A stretch of 64,000 bases of DNA from Trichodelitschia bisporula (lineage: Eukaryota), in the NCBI GenBank assembly GCA_010356995.1, contig ML996697.1:791793-855792 (forward strand), given 5' to 3'. This document shows, one piece after another, positions 23,943 to 35,636 of this stretch (position 1 is the first letter of the stretch; each line of letters opens with the position of its first letter). The position numbers were made by a program, and so were the translations under genes. The notes under the pieces are model-generated. The model made no database searches and was not told where the DNA came from. It saw nothing but the letters and a program-made list of their open reading frames with translations.

Positions 23943-24765
23943 GGTGGCCGTAGGTGAGGATGTAAGGTAGCGGGACGGAGGTGGTGATTCTGATATGCTC
24001 TTCAGGGAAGGCGGAGGAGTCTCCGGGTCAATTGCGAGTGGCGTGTGTCTCCATAAGATGGCTCATAGTCTTTCAGTTAACCTGCCAAAACTAAACGCGG
24101 ATGAGATAGAGCAGTCGCGTCCCCAAGTTGAGCCGTGATTACGGTGATGTTGACTGCTAGAACTAGCCAACAAGAGCAAGCGGAGGCGGGTGGAGCCGCG
24201 CGCGGGGAGAAAATAAACGGTCCCCACAAGCCACTTCCTCGCTGCTGATGGACATCTTCGACGACGACGATAGATCCACAACTAGCGATAGACATATGCC
24301 TAAACTCAACCTATGGGTGCAACCGGCTGTTAGAACAACGTTTAGTGAGTTATGACATTCTTACTCATCATGGCGAGCTGATATCCTTTCCTGAGCCTGA
24401 ACCTCCGAGCCACCATTTTTCCCCGTAGGGAGCTGCAAGATCCCTGCATTACATGCCTCGCAGCCTCAAATGCTGCCTCGCGAGACCCCTGGTTCAACTT
24501 CACGTCTCCCCCCGAACGCGGCACTACTCCAAACGACAAATCCACCAGCCTCTCCGCCATGCGAATTGAACACCGATAACCGCCACAGCTTCTCCCGCAC
24601 CCGACATCCTCTCGCCTGGCGCGCACAAGCCTCTAGCAAGCACCGTAAAACGACGACCCGGAAGCATCACCACAAACTCCGGGAAATCTTCAATATCAAC
24701 CCCACCGCAAGGGGTCCGCCAGCTCACCTTCCAACCCTCTACCTTCCCACCTCACAGACGCAATT

Positions 24766-26392
24766 ATGTCGGTCAATACACGACTGCACAACGCGCCCAT
24801 CGTGCTGGACAACGGCAGCGGGACGATCCGCGCGGGCTTCGCGGGCGAAGACACGCCGAAATGCTTCTTCCCCTCGTTCGTTGGCCGGCCGAAGCACATC
24901 CGCGCGATGGCGGGCGCGCTCGAAGGCGACGTGTTCATCGGACCGCGCGCACAGGAGCTACGCGGCTTACTCAAGATAAACTACCCGCTGGAACACGGCA
25001 TCGTTACGGACTGGGACGACATGGAGCGCATATGGCAATACGTCTACACCGAGGGCCTGAAGACGCTGAGCGAAGATGTACGTGTATGGGAGAAAGGGGG
25101 CACATGTCGCGCGCCTAAATTTCGTGGCATGATTTTGTAATGTGGTGTCTAACAACCCCCCGCGTAGCACCCCGTCCTCCTCACCGAGCCCCCCCTCAAC
25201 CCGCGCAGCAACCGCGATACCGCCGCCCAAATCCTCTTCGAAACCTTCAACGTGCCCGCGCTCTACACCTCTATCCAAGCCCTCCTCAGCCTCTACGCCT
25301 CCGGCCGCACAACCGGCATAGTCCTCGACTGTGGCGACGGCGTCTCCCACGCCGTGCCCGTGTACGACGGCTTCGCGATCCAGAATTCCATCCGGCGGAT
25401 CGACGTCGCGGGCCGGGATGTCACGGACGCGCTGCAGACACAGCTGCGCAAAGCCGGGTATGTCTTCCACACTAGCGCGGAGAAGGAGGTCGTGCGCCAG
25501 ATCAAGGAGGCGACGAGTTATGTGGCGCTGGACCCGGGGCGCGAGGAGAAGGAGTGGGCGGGGGGCGCGGCGCGGACGGAAGGCAAGGGCGTTGATTACA
25601 CGCTGCCGGATGGGAAGATAATAAAGGTGAGTTCTGCTCCGCGCGGTACGGGTCACATGGCTGAGAAACGCAGATCGGGCCGGAGCGCTTCCGCGCCCCT
25701 GAGATCTTGTTCAATCCTGAGTTGATTGGCCTTGAATACCCGGGCGTGCACCAGATTCTCGTCGACGCTATACACCGCACAGACATGGACTTGCGCAAGA
25801 ATCTGTTCGGTAGCATTGTGCTGTCTGGTGGCGCGACGCTGACTAAAGGGTTTGGCTATCGTCTAAGGCACGAGGTGCAGCGGCTTGCGGTTAAGGATAT
25901 GCACATCAAGATCTTTGCGCCGCCGGAGCGGAAGTACACGACGTGGACGGGTGGGAGCATTTTGGCTGGGCTGAGCACTTTCAAGAAGGTGAGTTTTGCT
26001 CTTCGTATTCTCGATTTCGCGCATGCAGGCCCGATGGCTCAGGCACCCGGGAAAGTCGTGGCTGCCCAGCCTGGGCGTTTTTGCGGCCGGAGGCGCCCAC
26101 GAAATTTTTGGATGGCTCGCTGGTCTAAGCTCTGAGCCTGACGGCATTCTGGATCTGGAGCTTGCCGACGGTGCGGGCTCGCTTCCAGGCAGCGTCCAGG
26201 CAACCTCTAGGCAACGCAGGAAATGCCCCAGACCAAGTCCTTCAGCCCTGGGAACATTGGTCCCGCATTCCCCGCTGCGGGGACAGGCGCCGCGTCACGA
26301 ATGCGCTAACGCCGTTTTCTTTTTCACAGATGTGGGTCGACAAGGACGAGTGGCAGGAAAATCCAGACATTATCCACACGAAATTCGCGTAA
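24766..26392 (+). CDS. ARP1: Actin-related protein 1 (centractin, dynactin)
   Basis: [56 protein letters not shown]. Introns at about 25078-25168, 25627-25674 and 25989-26329. Confidence 0.96.
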
Positions 26393-29300
26393 CGAACTCG
26401 TCGACCCCACGGTCCGAAGGCCGTGTGTGTGGGCGCGGGAGGAAGGGCACGTAGGAGGAAGGCGGGCGTGGTTGCGGTGCGGGAATGGATAGAGCGAGGG
26501 GAAAGGGTTGGAGTTACGGGCGAGGATGAAGGCGTCGGGAAGGAAATGTGGTGGGCAGCACGCATGTTCATACCGCAGCGTTAGGCTATCAGCGAGCAAG
26601 AAGCTTATTGCGAGGAGGGCGGGGAGCACGCTTCGCGGCGCGATACATCGATTCGCGCAACCTCATCATCGGGGCCTGAAATGTCGAATTTATGGTTGGT
26701 GAGACATAGCTTTTGCATCCGCCTGCGTCTGGGATGCCCTGCTCATTTCTTCCTCCGGACGCGTGGGCCCAGGGCTGTGGGCGTGGATGGATAGCTGGAT
26801 ATGCACACCGAGGGGAGAGCAACGGCGTGCATGCATTAAGAACCCTTTAAGCGTGGATTTCCGCCTCGTTTCTGCGTGCCTGTTGAAATCTGCCTGCCTG
26901 TTTGAAGTGTCTCTACCCTGTCTTGCTCGTTTCCTTTAGTCATAGCACAAGGCAGACCGTTAGCAATGTCGAGGAGCAATGGCGCGTTGCCCTCGGTCAG
27001 TGTCGGTGGGCAAGGCTCGAGGTCCAAAATATCAGCTCAAACTAGATTTTCACGATGCGTTCTTCTAGACGCCCTTGGCAGTACCGTAGCACCTCATCTG
27101 ACTTTCAGCCCAGCCTAGCGTAAATATGGAGCTAGAACTAGATGTGGAGCCCCGACTGACGATTTTTGCAGGGAGGCTCGGCGGCCCGCTTGTGGAGAAG
27201 CGGAAGGCTTGGGTGTGGGGTGGGGTCGTACCAGTACCGTGATGGTTCGTTGCTGGGCAGCGTGAGGGTTTGAGAGCTACAGAGATTTTCGTTACTTGGT
27301 GTGCTGGATGCTTGATACATCCGTATACGCTGGTCGTGCTTTGTGTACCGGATGTGCTTGGTTACTGCGAGGTTGGTGACGGGAGACAAATGCTCGTTTC
27401 GTTGGCCAATGAGGGGAGGGAGGGGGACTTCACCACTGCAATGGGTCAGGTCCGTCTCGCCTTCTGAAGATGGGTACGGCCAATGGATCCAGCGCGTGTT
27501 CTGGTACGAGCTGCCAGACTCACCACGTGCTCTGGGCCCGAATCTCGCACGGTACCTCGAGTACCTACTACGGTACAGTACGTTGCCAAAGCAATCCAAA
27601 TCCTCCGCCTTACGAAACCTCAAACCCCTTCCATCACCTGACGCCACCCCTCCGCTAAACTGGCGCCTTCAGCGGGAAGCCAAATTTGCGGGGTACCTTG
27701 GTGTGCCCGCAGTGCATCATCCGGGGATCAGAGGCAGGGGGGCGCGGAGAAGGCTGCGTCCATGATGGTTCGTCGAATGCTTCTACCAGGGGCAGCGTTG
27801 CAGTGGAGATTTCGTAACGGTGGAAGCATCTCAGTGCTCGGGGTTCGCGGTTCGGGATGCGATGCCGCATTTACGTGATATTGCGTTATGACAGACGGAT
27901 CTGACCTCGCCGCCCCCTCCGCGAGATTTGAGTTATTCAATGACGGGGGGAGGTCGGACGAGTGCTGGGCCGGACCCGATATCGCGGAAAGGTGCGCGGA
28001 GATGCACTGCGCGGCGGCGGCGCTGGTGACACAACCTACGGTATGACCAGGCACCACGACGTTCGGGGGCGGGATCACGAAGGACGAAGGACGAAGGGCC
28101 AGCCTCGCTCGAAACTCGTAAAGGGGTTACCAATAATGACGAAAGAGTTTGCCCAGGCGCTTTCGACGAACCGCGAAGCTAGAGCGCAGCACGCGCTGCG
28201 CAAAAATGTTAATGTGCCTCCTCGAGGCTGGAGCCACGAGCGTGCCAAGGATCGTGAAACTGCGAGAGAGGAGAGTTGCGGCATCTGCGGCGCGGCGCCT
28301 CGTGTGGCGGCGGGAGAAGGGCGGGAATACTGTTGCCATGCGCATGCCTCCTGACGCGGTGTGCGCAGGCGGCTGGGTGTGCGTGCGTACCGCTGGACAG
28401 GAAACTCTCATCAAGCACTTCATTACGTTGGTACATCTCGGCGAAGCATGCGCGCGCAGCATCGCATCGTTCGTCTCCCAAAAGCCTTGCACCACGCGCG
28501 TGATGCGTGTCGCGGTGTCGGCAGGCAGCCACTGACGGGATTTCCATTACGGCATCCCACGAACCCATTACCCCCAGGAAACCAGGCCTGGTTGGCGCTA
28601 TTACGCGATGGGTTCCCGCTTTGGGAAGAATGCGGGGGGAGCGTGATGGGCGCCTCTTTTTTTTTTGACGACGTGGATTGTGCCGAATTGACGTTGGGGG
28701 ATTTTTTCTCTGCGCTGGGGGGTTGTGGATGGTGAGGATTTCATGCATGGTGATGTCGTACAAGCCACTGCGGGCGAGGAGGCCAGGCACGCGCGGCGGT
28801 TTACTGGTGCGTTTGGCTCGTTTTTTTCGGGGCTGATGGCGGGGAGGACGAGTACGCGGCTGCTCCGAGGAAGAGTCTTCGGGAGTGGCGATGGAGGCCG
28901 GTTACAGTACTTCAGACGAGGCCGGTTACCTTTGCGGAGGCCGGTTACCTTCGCCCTTCCGTCTTTTCCGCGATGGATTCGTCACCGGCTCTTGGCCCAT
29001 TGTTGTGAGGAGATGGGCCATGGAATGCGAAAGAGCGATCATCGATGATGGGGCAAGTCAATCTTGGTGATCGCCTGTTTTCCAAGCAACGAGGAAAATT
29101 CTGTGCATCAACTGCATTGTCGCTCGCGATCTTGGATTGACAAGCAAATTCCATTCCATTCGCAGCTTCGCTTTGGTGTCCTCCCCGAACGAGATCTCTG
29201 ATGTTTAGTAGATCGAAGTCTCTTGCGCAAAGTGCAATTTCCAATCCAACCCAATTCACCAAGCATTTGCGCAGCTTTGCTGGTAAAATCGGCTATGCGA

Positions 29301-29875
29301 GGTCATACGCCCGGCGTTAGGTAAGGCTTAGCCAGTGCAATTCTCACCTGGACAACTCCGACTCGTCCGCCTCCACCCTTTGTTTGTCACTTGTATCCCC
29401 TTGTGACCAAGGTTTGGCTCGAGGGCGACATTGCGGCGTTGCCATGCAGCGCTTCTCAGCCTTTACTTGCCGTTAACTGCAAAGCTCCCCAAGCATTCAG
29501 CCATTTTCTCTTGCCGTTGTGACGCACCGCCTTACCGCCCCCCTTTCGAACCAGGCGCTCCACATCGTGACTTCCTTGCAGCAATCTTTTCACGTCCTTG
29601 CACCTTCCCCGACCATTTAGCCTTGGCCTTTTCTATAAAACCATTGCCCCCGCTCTTTACCAACAACCCACTTCATCAAGCAGATCCACTCACACAAGCA
29701 AACCTTTCATCGGCCTTTCGAACCTTGCATTCTAAATAAAGCTATCAACCCCACCTCACAGCAAACCTTCTCCTCCACCAAACCTCATACACTACCGAAC
29801 CTCAGCCTTCCCTCCACCCGACACCACCACAACCACTCACCTCACTTCCAACCTTCCTCAACACCAACCACCACC

Positions 29876-30334
29876 ATGACCGGCGCCTACAAAATCACCG
29901 AACCCCACCCCTCCGTCCCCCGCTCCGCCTACATGACCGCCGGCCGCGGCGGCGCCGGCAACATCACGCACGTCAACGCCAAAGACCTGACCGCGGGCGC
30001 AACCGCCTCGGGCCCCGCCTCTCTCCGCCCGATCAAGCCCCACTCCTCCGACGCCTACTTCGCGGCCGGCCGTGGCGGCGCTGGCAACCTGCACCGCGAG
30101 CGTGAGCGGGCTATCTTCTCTTTCGACGAGGAACTCGAGCGCCAGCGCAAGATGATGGAGCATCAAGCGCCTATCTTCTATGGCCGTGGTGGGCAGGGGA
30201 ATCTCGTGCATGAGGAGCGGCGGGGGAGCTCGCATAGTGATGCTTCGGCGGATACGGCGAGCACGCGGAGTGATGGTGTGCGGCACTCGATGGAGGCGGC
30301 GTGGGACCGGGTGCGGAGCTCGTTCCAGCGTTAG
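29876..30334 (+). CDS. DUF3602-type protein with GRGGAGN repeats
   Basis: Three GRGG[AQ]GN motifs plus FSFDEELER. Confidence 0.85.
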   Translation: MTGAYKITEPHPSVPRSAYMTAGRGGAGNITHVNAKDLTAGATASGPASLRPIKPHSSDAYFAAGRGGAGNLHRERERAIFSFDEELERQRKMMEHQAPIFYGRGGQGNLVHEERRGSSHSDASADTASTRSDGVRHSMEAAWDRVRSSFQR

Positions 30335-31043
30335 GTTGGCGACATGACGACTGCGACTCTTGCGACTGTTCTGCTTCGCTTCATCTGTTTTCGACTTCGG
30401 ATCTCGACTTGCATCGGCGGCGTTCATGAACGAGAAGGATCACGGATGGGATTGCGGGAAATGGGGATTTAAAAAGTGTTTTGCTTCGATTTGTTTGCGG
30501 CTTTTGAGGACGGCGTTTACAACACAACCAGCGAGGAGTTTTGAGGAGCTCTTCGGTGAGGGCATAGGGTCATCGGGATCGGATACTGAGGTTTTGTGCT
30601 TTGTGCTTTTTTTGCGTCACAACCAGCGGCGGATATACCCATTAGTCTTTGCCGGTGAGGGCTGTGGAGCGACATAGCTCCTTCGAATTTTAATGCATGT
30701 TTGATCTGAACTTTTTGTTGTGCAGTGATGTGACTGAGTCTGTTGTGAATGTGTGCCTTGTAAGACATCGGAGAAATGATCGTCCGATGGTGTTTTTGGT
30801 GATGATGCTCTGTGGTCGCAACTGTCCAAAGATGTCGTTGCCATCGATGATCGATGGAACCAATGGTATGAGAACTTGTCAGTATTATCGTATTGTGCAG
30901 ATGTGCGATCCTTTCCCATGATCTTCTAACTCAGCCCCGCGGTGAGGTGCTTGTCCCCGCATGCGACGATCACCGATCCCGCACCCATGCCCCGAGCTGC
31001 ATCGCCGCTCAACCCCACAAATTAACCTCTCCACAACATCACC

Positions 31044-31826
31044 ATGCCTCCAAAACTTAAATCCAAAAAGAAGCCCGCTCCCGACCCTCCTCCACCCCAG
31101 GTGCAACTCCCAAATTGGCCCCCCCTAACCCCGCTCCTCCCCCGCGAAGACTTAACCCTCGTCCCCCTCCTCGAAGGGCAAATATACACTATACCCTCCT
31201 TCTTCACTAGCACGCTATGCGCCACATACCGATCTTTCCTATCTACCCTCCCGCTAACGACTACGCCCGGGAAGCCGAAGCGCGGCGAGGCGGTGCGCGT
31301 GAATGATCGGTTCCAGGTGCAGGACGCGGTGTTTGCGGGGCGGGTATGGGAGGCGGGGGTGGGAGATTTGGTGAGGGAGATGGAGGGCGTGGAGTGGGGG
31401 GGGGAAGTGCTGGGTTTGAATCCGAATATACGCGTGTATCGGTATAAGGAGGGGATGTTTTTTGGGCAGCATTGTGAGTTGAACTTGCGGGGGTGGGTGC
31501 GAGGTGCTGATGGGGCAGACGACGAGTCGAATAACATCGACTTCTCCATCCCTGGGGCGTCGCCGGTGCGCGCGCGCACGACGTGGACGCTGCTGATATA
31601 CCTGAGTGGGCTGGAGACGGGGTGTGAGGGAGGGGAGACGGTTTTTCATCCTGAGCCTCCGAAGGGGAAAGGGAGGAGGGAGACGCCGGAGCCTATTGTG
31701 GTGGAGATGAGGACGGGGACGGCGCTGCTGCATCGGCATGGGGAGGGGTGTTTGTTGCATGAGGGTGCGGAGGTTAGGGCGGGAGAGAAGTGGGTGCTTA
31801 GGAGTGATGTTTGTGTTAGGCGGTAG
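31044..31826 (+). CDS. Prolyl-4-hydroxylase-like 2OG-Fe(II) oxygenase
   Basis: GLNPNIRVYRY..FGQH-Y-D (after removing 45-nt intron 31474-31518), WTLLIYL, GGETVF, LLHEG..V..GEKWVLRSD. Confidence 0.9.
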   Translation: MPPKLKSKKKPAPDPPPPQVQLPNWPPLTPLLPREDLTLVPLLEGQIYTIPSFFTSTLCATYRSFLSTLPLTTTPGKPKRGEAVRVNDRFQVQDAVFAGRVWEAGVGDLVREMEGVEWGGEVLGLNPNIRVYRYKEGMFFGQHCELNLRGWVRGADGADDESNNIDFSIPGASPVRARTTWTLLIYLSGLETGCEGGETVFHPEPPKGKGRRETPEPIVVEMRTGTALLHRHGEGCLLHEGAEVRAGEKWVLRSDVCVRR

Positions 31827-33611
31827 CGTGGGTAATTTGGGGATGGGGGTTATGAGTTCGTGAGCGGGGATGGGGATGGGGATTGCGCGTTTTGGATGTT
31901 GTATGGAATCGGAATCTGCGTTGGGGCTGGAGATGGGTGTGGATAATTTTGTCTATTACTGTAGTACCTATGGGCGCTAGAAGAGCCTCATGTTCGGAAA
32001 TACGCCATAAGCCGGAGGCGTTGACGCGCTGGAGGGCCTGAAATTGTGTGGGTAAGGGATCATGTCGGACGTCAGCTGGTGGAGGATGACGACGATCGAG
32101 GGCCATCTGGAAAAGTCATGCCCCACTACGAGTATTCGTACGTCACTGAAAACAGTGATTAGCAACACCAAGCTGGTATTTCGTCGAGCTGCCTCCCATA
32201 CGAGAACAGCCTGCAATCGACTAGGATACTCATGCCTAAGGAAGGAGGGAAGCCACCAACACTTTTGGATGCATTGGACGATGACGATGCGAATGTCGAA
32301 GAGTCGTCACTATGAGATAATCCCGTGGCAGTGGCATGTCCCTCGCATCCCACACCAATAACATCAAATCTCGGCTCGTCATATTTGCAGCTGCACCTTG
32401 CCCTCGGAACGGTCGGGCGGCACAGGCCGAGGGAAAGCGCGGGCAGCCGATGGTTGATGCATTCGTTTAATCTCGCGGTATCTAAGGTTATTCGCTAGAT
32501 GCCTACTCACAGTTTTTGGTATCTTCGTCACCGCTTCTCCTTCCTATGCGATATGTACCCGCTTCATATCACCTCCCCCACCCCTTCCACGATAGCGCAG
32601 ACCGCCACTGCGCCCACAGTTTTTAGTGAAGATAAACCCGCGGGCCCGCCGCGGGAGTATCCGCCCTCGCATCCCCTGTTCCTTGCACCGCAGGTGCACC
32701 AAGCCAATGTCATTCCTATTATCACCGTTTCTTTGAACCCTCTCCCTCCCGCACTCTCATCTCACCACCACCGGTCCTCCGATGCACCCGTAACCACAGT
32801 CCGCGATATGTACCGTAGCAGCAGCACCAGTATCTTCTCCCTGCCCCTCCCCCCCGCACCGTGCCGATCCGCCTCGTCCTCCCATCCCAAAGCGTCATAT
32901 GTCAACACCCTGGCACCGATACCCTTGTCTACCTAGATCCCGGCCGCCGCGCCCGGCCTGCCCACGTTGCGCCATGGGCCAGTCCGTGTGGCTCGCTGCG
33001 GTAGGGTGATGGACTTGACAGGATGGGAGCACGGTGCGGTGCGGTGCGAATGGTTGGCGCGAGGGAGCGCGGAAGGTGACTGATTGAAAGAGGCAGGTCT
33101 GAAAAGAAGCAGGCAGATATCGATGGGTGCGGGCAGGGTGGAAAAGGTGACGGCGACGGTGCGGTTATCGGCCGGGGTGTCGGTGCGCGGGGGTTTAATG
33201 CTGCGTGTCGGCCTTCTTATATAGGGTACGCTAGACCCTGGCGTGCTGCCGGAGCCGTTGGGGGAACACACTTTGCGACGGCTGCGCGCTGGATTGCCGA
33301 TTTTGGCCATGGACGAATAACACGCACCTCAGTGTTCGACCTCGCTGCCCGACCTTTGACGACTGTTCGCCGCACCGCACGCAACTGCGGATGACTCGAC
33401 GGGTGTCGCCACCGGATGTGACGCCGACTGTCTACGTCGTCTCCAGCATGGCGGTGGTTTAGGTGGATGGGCGGCTGGCCCTGATCCTGAGTTTACGAAC
33501 CGGACTTTCGACGATTACGACTGCGTTACGAACGTAGGACCCATGAGGTGGTGAGGACCGAGTGTTCAACGGTTTTTTCTTCTGAGTATAGATACTCGCG
33601 CTGCCTGCGAT

Positions 33612-35114
33612 ATGGCGAACCTCGACTTTCCTTCTCTTGAAACGCTTGCTGTTGAAAAAACTACCGTCGACGGACAAGCTATCAATATACCTCACATCAA
33701 GATACCTGTTATCACAGCACCTGTTATCAAAACACCTGCTGTCGACAGACCAGCTATCAATAAACATCACATCAAGATACCTGTTATCAAAACACCTGCT
33801 GTCAAAAAACCTACCGTCGACAGACCAGCTATCAATATACCTCACATCAACACACCTGCTATCAAAACGACGACCACAGAAGTGGCCGCCACAGCCTCGT
33901 CTGAGCCTCACGTCATGGCCTCTCCCCCAACGCCTCTCTGGGCTTCACAAAAGACATCAATTCCTCGCTCTTCACCCACGGTGGTGGAGTATAAAAGCGA
34001 AGACACGCTTTCAGTTGCAAAGATGGAACTCTCCCGTCTTTCAATCCCTCAGCAAGCTCCAGCGTCTCCTCCTCTGAGCACGTCAACGACCCCCACAACC
34101 ACAGCCACAATGGCCTCGAGCGATTCAATGCGGACGCCCCTCACAAGCAGCGGCGTGTCCCTATCGGGCCCAGCCCCGCTCCTCCTCATCCCGAGCTCCT
34201 TGCAATACAAGCTCCTCTTCGCCGTCGGCAAAGGCGCCATGGGAATTGTCTACGCCGCGAAGCGTACCACGAAGGACTCCGGAATTGACTCGGCAGAGTC
34301 TTCTACACCAGATCTGGCCATCAAGACCCCGCTATCCGCGAAGAGCAAATCCACCCTCTCCACCCTCCGCGCCGAAGCCACCCTTCTCACCTATCTCCAC
34401 AACTTCGCCGGCGCCGAGGCTTCCATCCTACTCTTCCACGGCTTTGACGCCGAAACACACTCCCTGGCGCTAGAGTACCTCCCACACACACTCACCTCGC
34501 TCGTCAACACTTCGGCCGCCCTCGGCGCGGGGCGGGCCGCGTTCGTCGCTGCCACCCTGCCCCCGCTGGCGCAGCACTTGATCAACGCACTCACCTTCTG
34601 CCGCAAAGCGTCCTTAGTGCACGGCGACATCAAGCCGGGCAACATCCTTTTACGCACCGGCCCGGGCGGGCTCAGCACCCCGCCCACCGCCACCGAGCTC
34701 GCGGCCTGCGCCCCCGTCCTCGCAGACTTCGGCGCCGCACACGTCACCGGCCCCGCTTCGCCGCGGCCCTTCAGCACCACCTTCGCAGCCGGGACATACG
34801 CCTTCATCCCCCCAGAGCAACTTCGCTCTGATGCCGGGCCCCCGTCGCATGCCGGGGATGTATGGGGTGCGGCGGTGAGCTTGCTTTGTTTTGTTCTTGG
34901 ACGAGAAGGAAGGGTTGGGGTTTTTGGGGATTTGGGACGGATGGGTGTTATGGAGTTGGTGCGGAGTGGGAGAGTGCTGAGTTGGGTGCGGCAGGAGGGG
35001 GGTTGGGTGGATGTGGAGAGGGTGGTTAAGGAGCGGGGAGGGGATTTGAAGGTTTTTTTTGAGGGTGCGATGAAGGGGGAGGAGGGGAGGGGGTTTGGGC
35101 CGCTTTGGAATTGA
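33612..35114 (+). CDS. Divergent non-RD Ser/Thr protein kinase; start codon uncertain
   Basis: VGKGAMGIV, LAIK, HGDIKPGN, ADFG, GTYAFIPPE, DVWG; long low-complexity N-terminus. Confidence 0.85.
   Translation: MANLDFPSLETLAVEKTTVDGQAINIPHIKIPVITAPVIKTPAVDRPAINKHHIKIPVIKTPAVKKPTVDRPAINIPHINTPAIKTTTTEVAATASSEPHVMASPPTPLWASQKTSIPRSSPTVVEYKSEDTLSVAKMELSRLSIPQQAPASPPLSTSTTPTTTATMASSDSMRTPLTSSGVSLSGPAPLLLIPSSLQYKLLFAVGKGAMGIVYAAKRTTKDSGIDSAESSTPDLAIKTPLSAKSKSTLSTLRAEATLLTYLHNFAGAEASILLFHGFDAETHSLALEYLPHTLTSLVNTSAALGAGRAAFVAATLPPLAQHLINALTFCRKASLVHGDIKPGNILLRTGPGGLSTPPTATELAACAPVLADFGAAHVTGPASPRPFSTTFAAGTYAFIPPEQLRSDAGPPSHAGDVWGAAVSLLCFVLGREGRVGVFGDLGRMGVMELVRSGRVLSWVRQEGGWVDVERVVKERGGDLKVFFEGAMKGEEGRGFGPLWN
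33645..33870 (+). repeat. Degenerate 15-bp minisatellite encoding pentapeptides (IKTPA/VDRPA/INIPH/IKIPV)
   Basis: Recurring ATCAAAACACCTGCT-like units; more AT-rich than the downstream kinase sequence. Confidence 0.85.
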
Positions 35115-35636
35115 ATGGGATGAAGTTTTTGGTTAAGGGATTGGGAAGGACGGTGGGATAGAGTTTGGATTGATACCCAGTTTTTGGATCCTGGTTTTGG
35201 ATTCTGGATTTAGAGCTCGCCGCGAGGCTGAGGCTGTGGCGTTGGATGCCGCAAGTTTTCTCTGTGCGATGATGGACTGTACGGTCGCCGCGTCAAGCGG
35301 ATAATGTATTACTGAACGCCATTTTGTTCCCGATATCAGCTTGTGAAGTGACATGCAAACAGTGAGTAGTCGATGTAGACATAAGGAGCATGGCTAGATA
35401 GCAAGGAATAGGTCGCACATGATGAAAGGAAGAAGCATAGGAGGGGGATACTTGGCATCATGTATTTAGTCTTGAGCATCTCTTAACTCTCTTCTTCGCT
35501 TCGTCTTCGATCAAATTCTCACTTCACACTCGTAGCCTTTTGTACGTGACAAGCCTATGCTTTCATTAGAAGTGACCTTGATCAATTATCCTGCTCGTCC
35601 GTCCTACCCGTTTCCGAACGCCAACCCTTCAAAGCC

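Noticed and set aside
23228..23953. 241-aa plus-strand ORF
   Set aside because: Shadow of TEN1 on the minus strand.
27138..29100. Many mid-length GC-rich ORFs
   Set aside because: No domain signal; expected by chance at this GC content.
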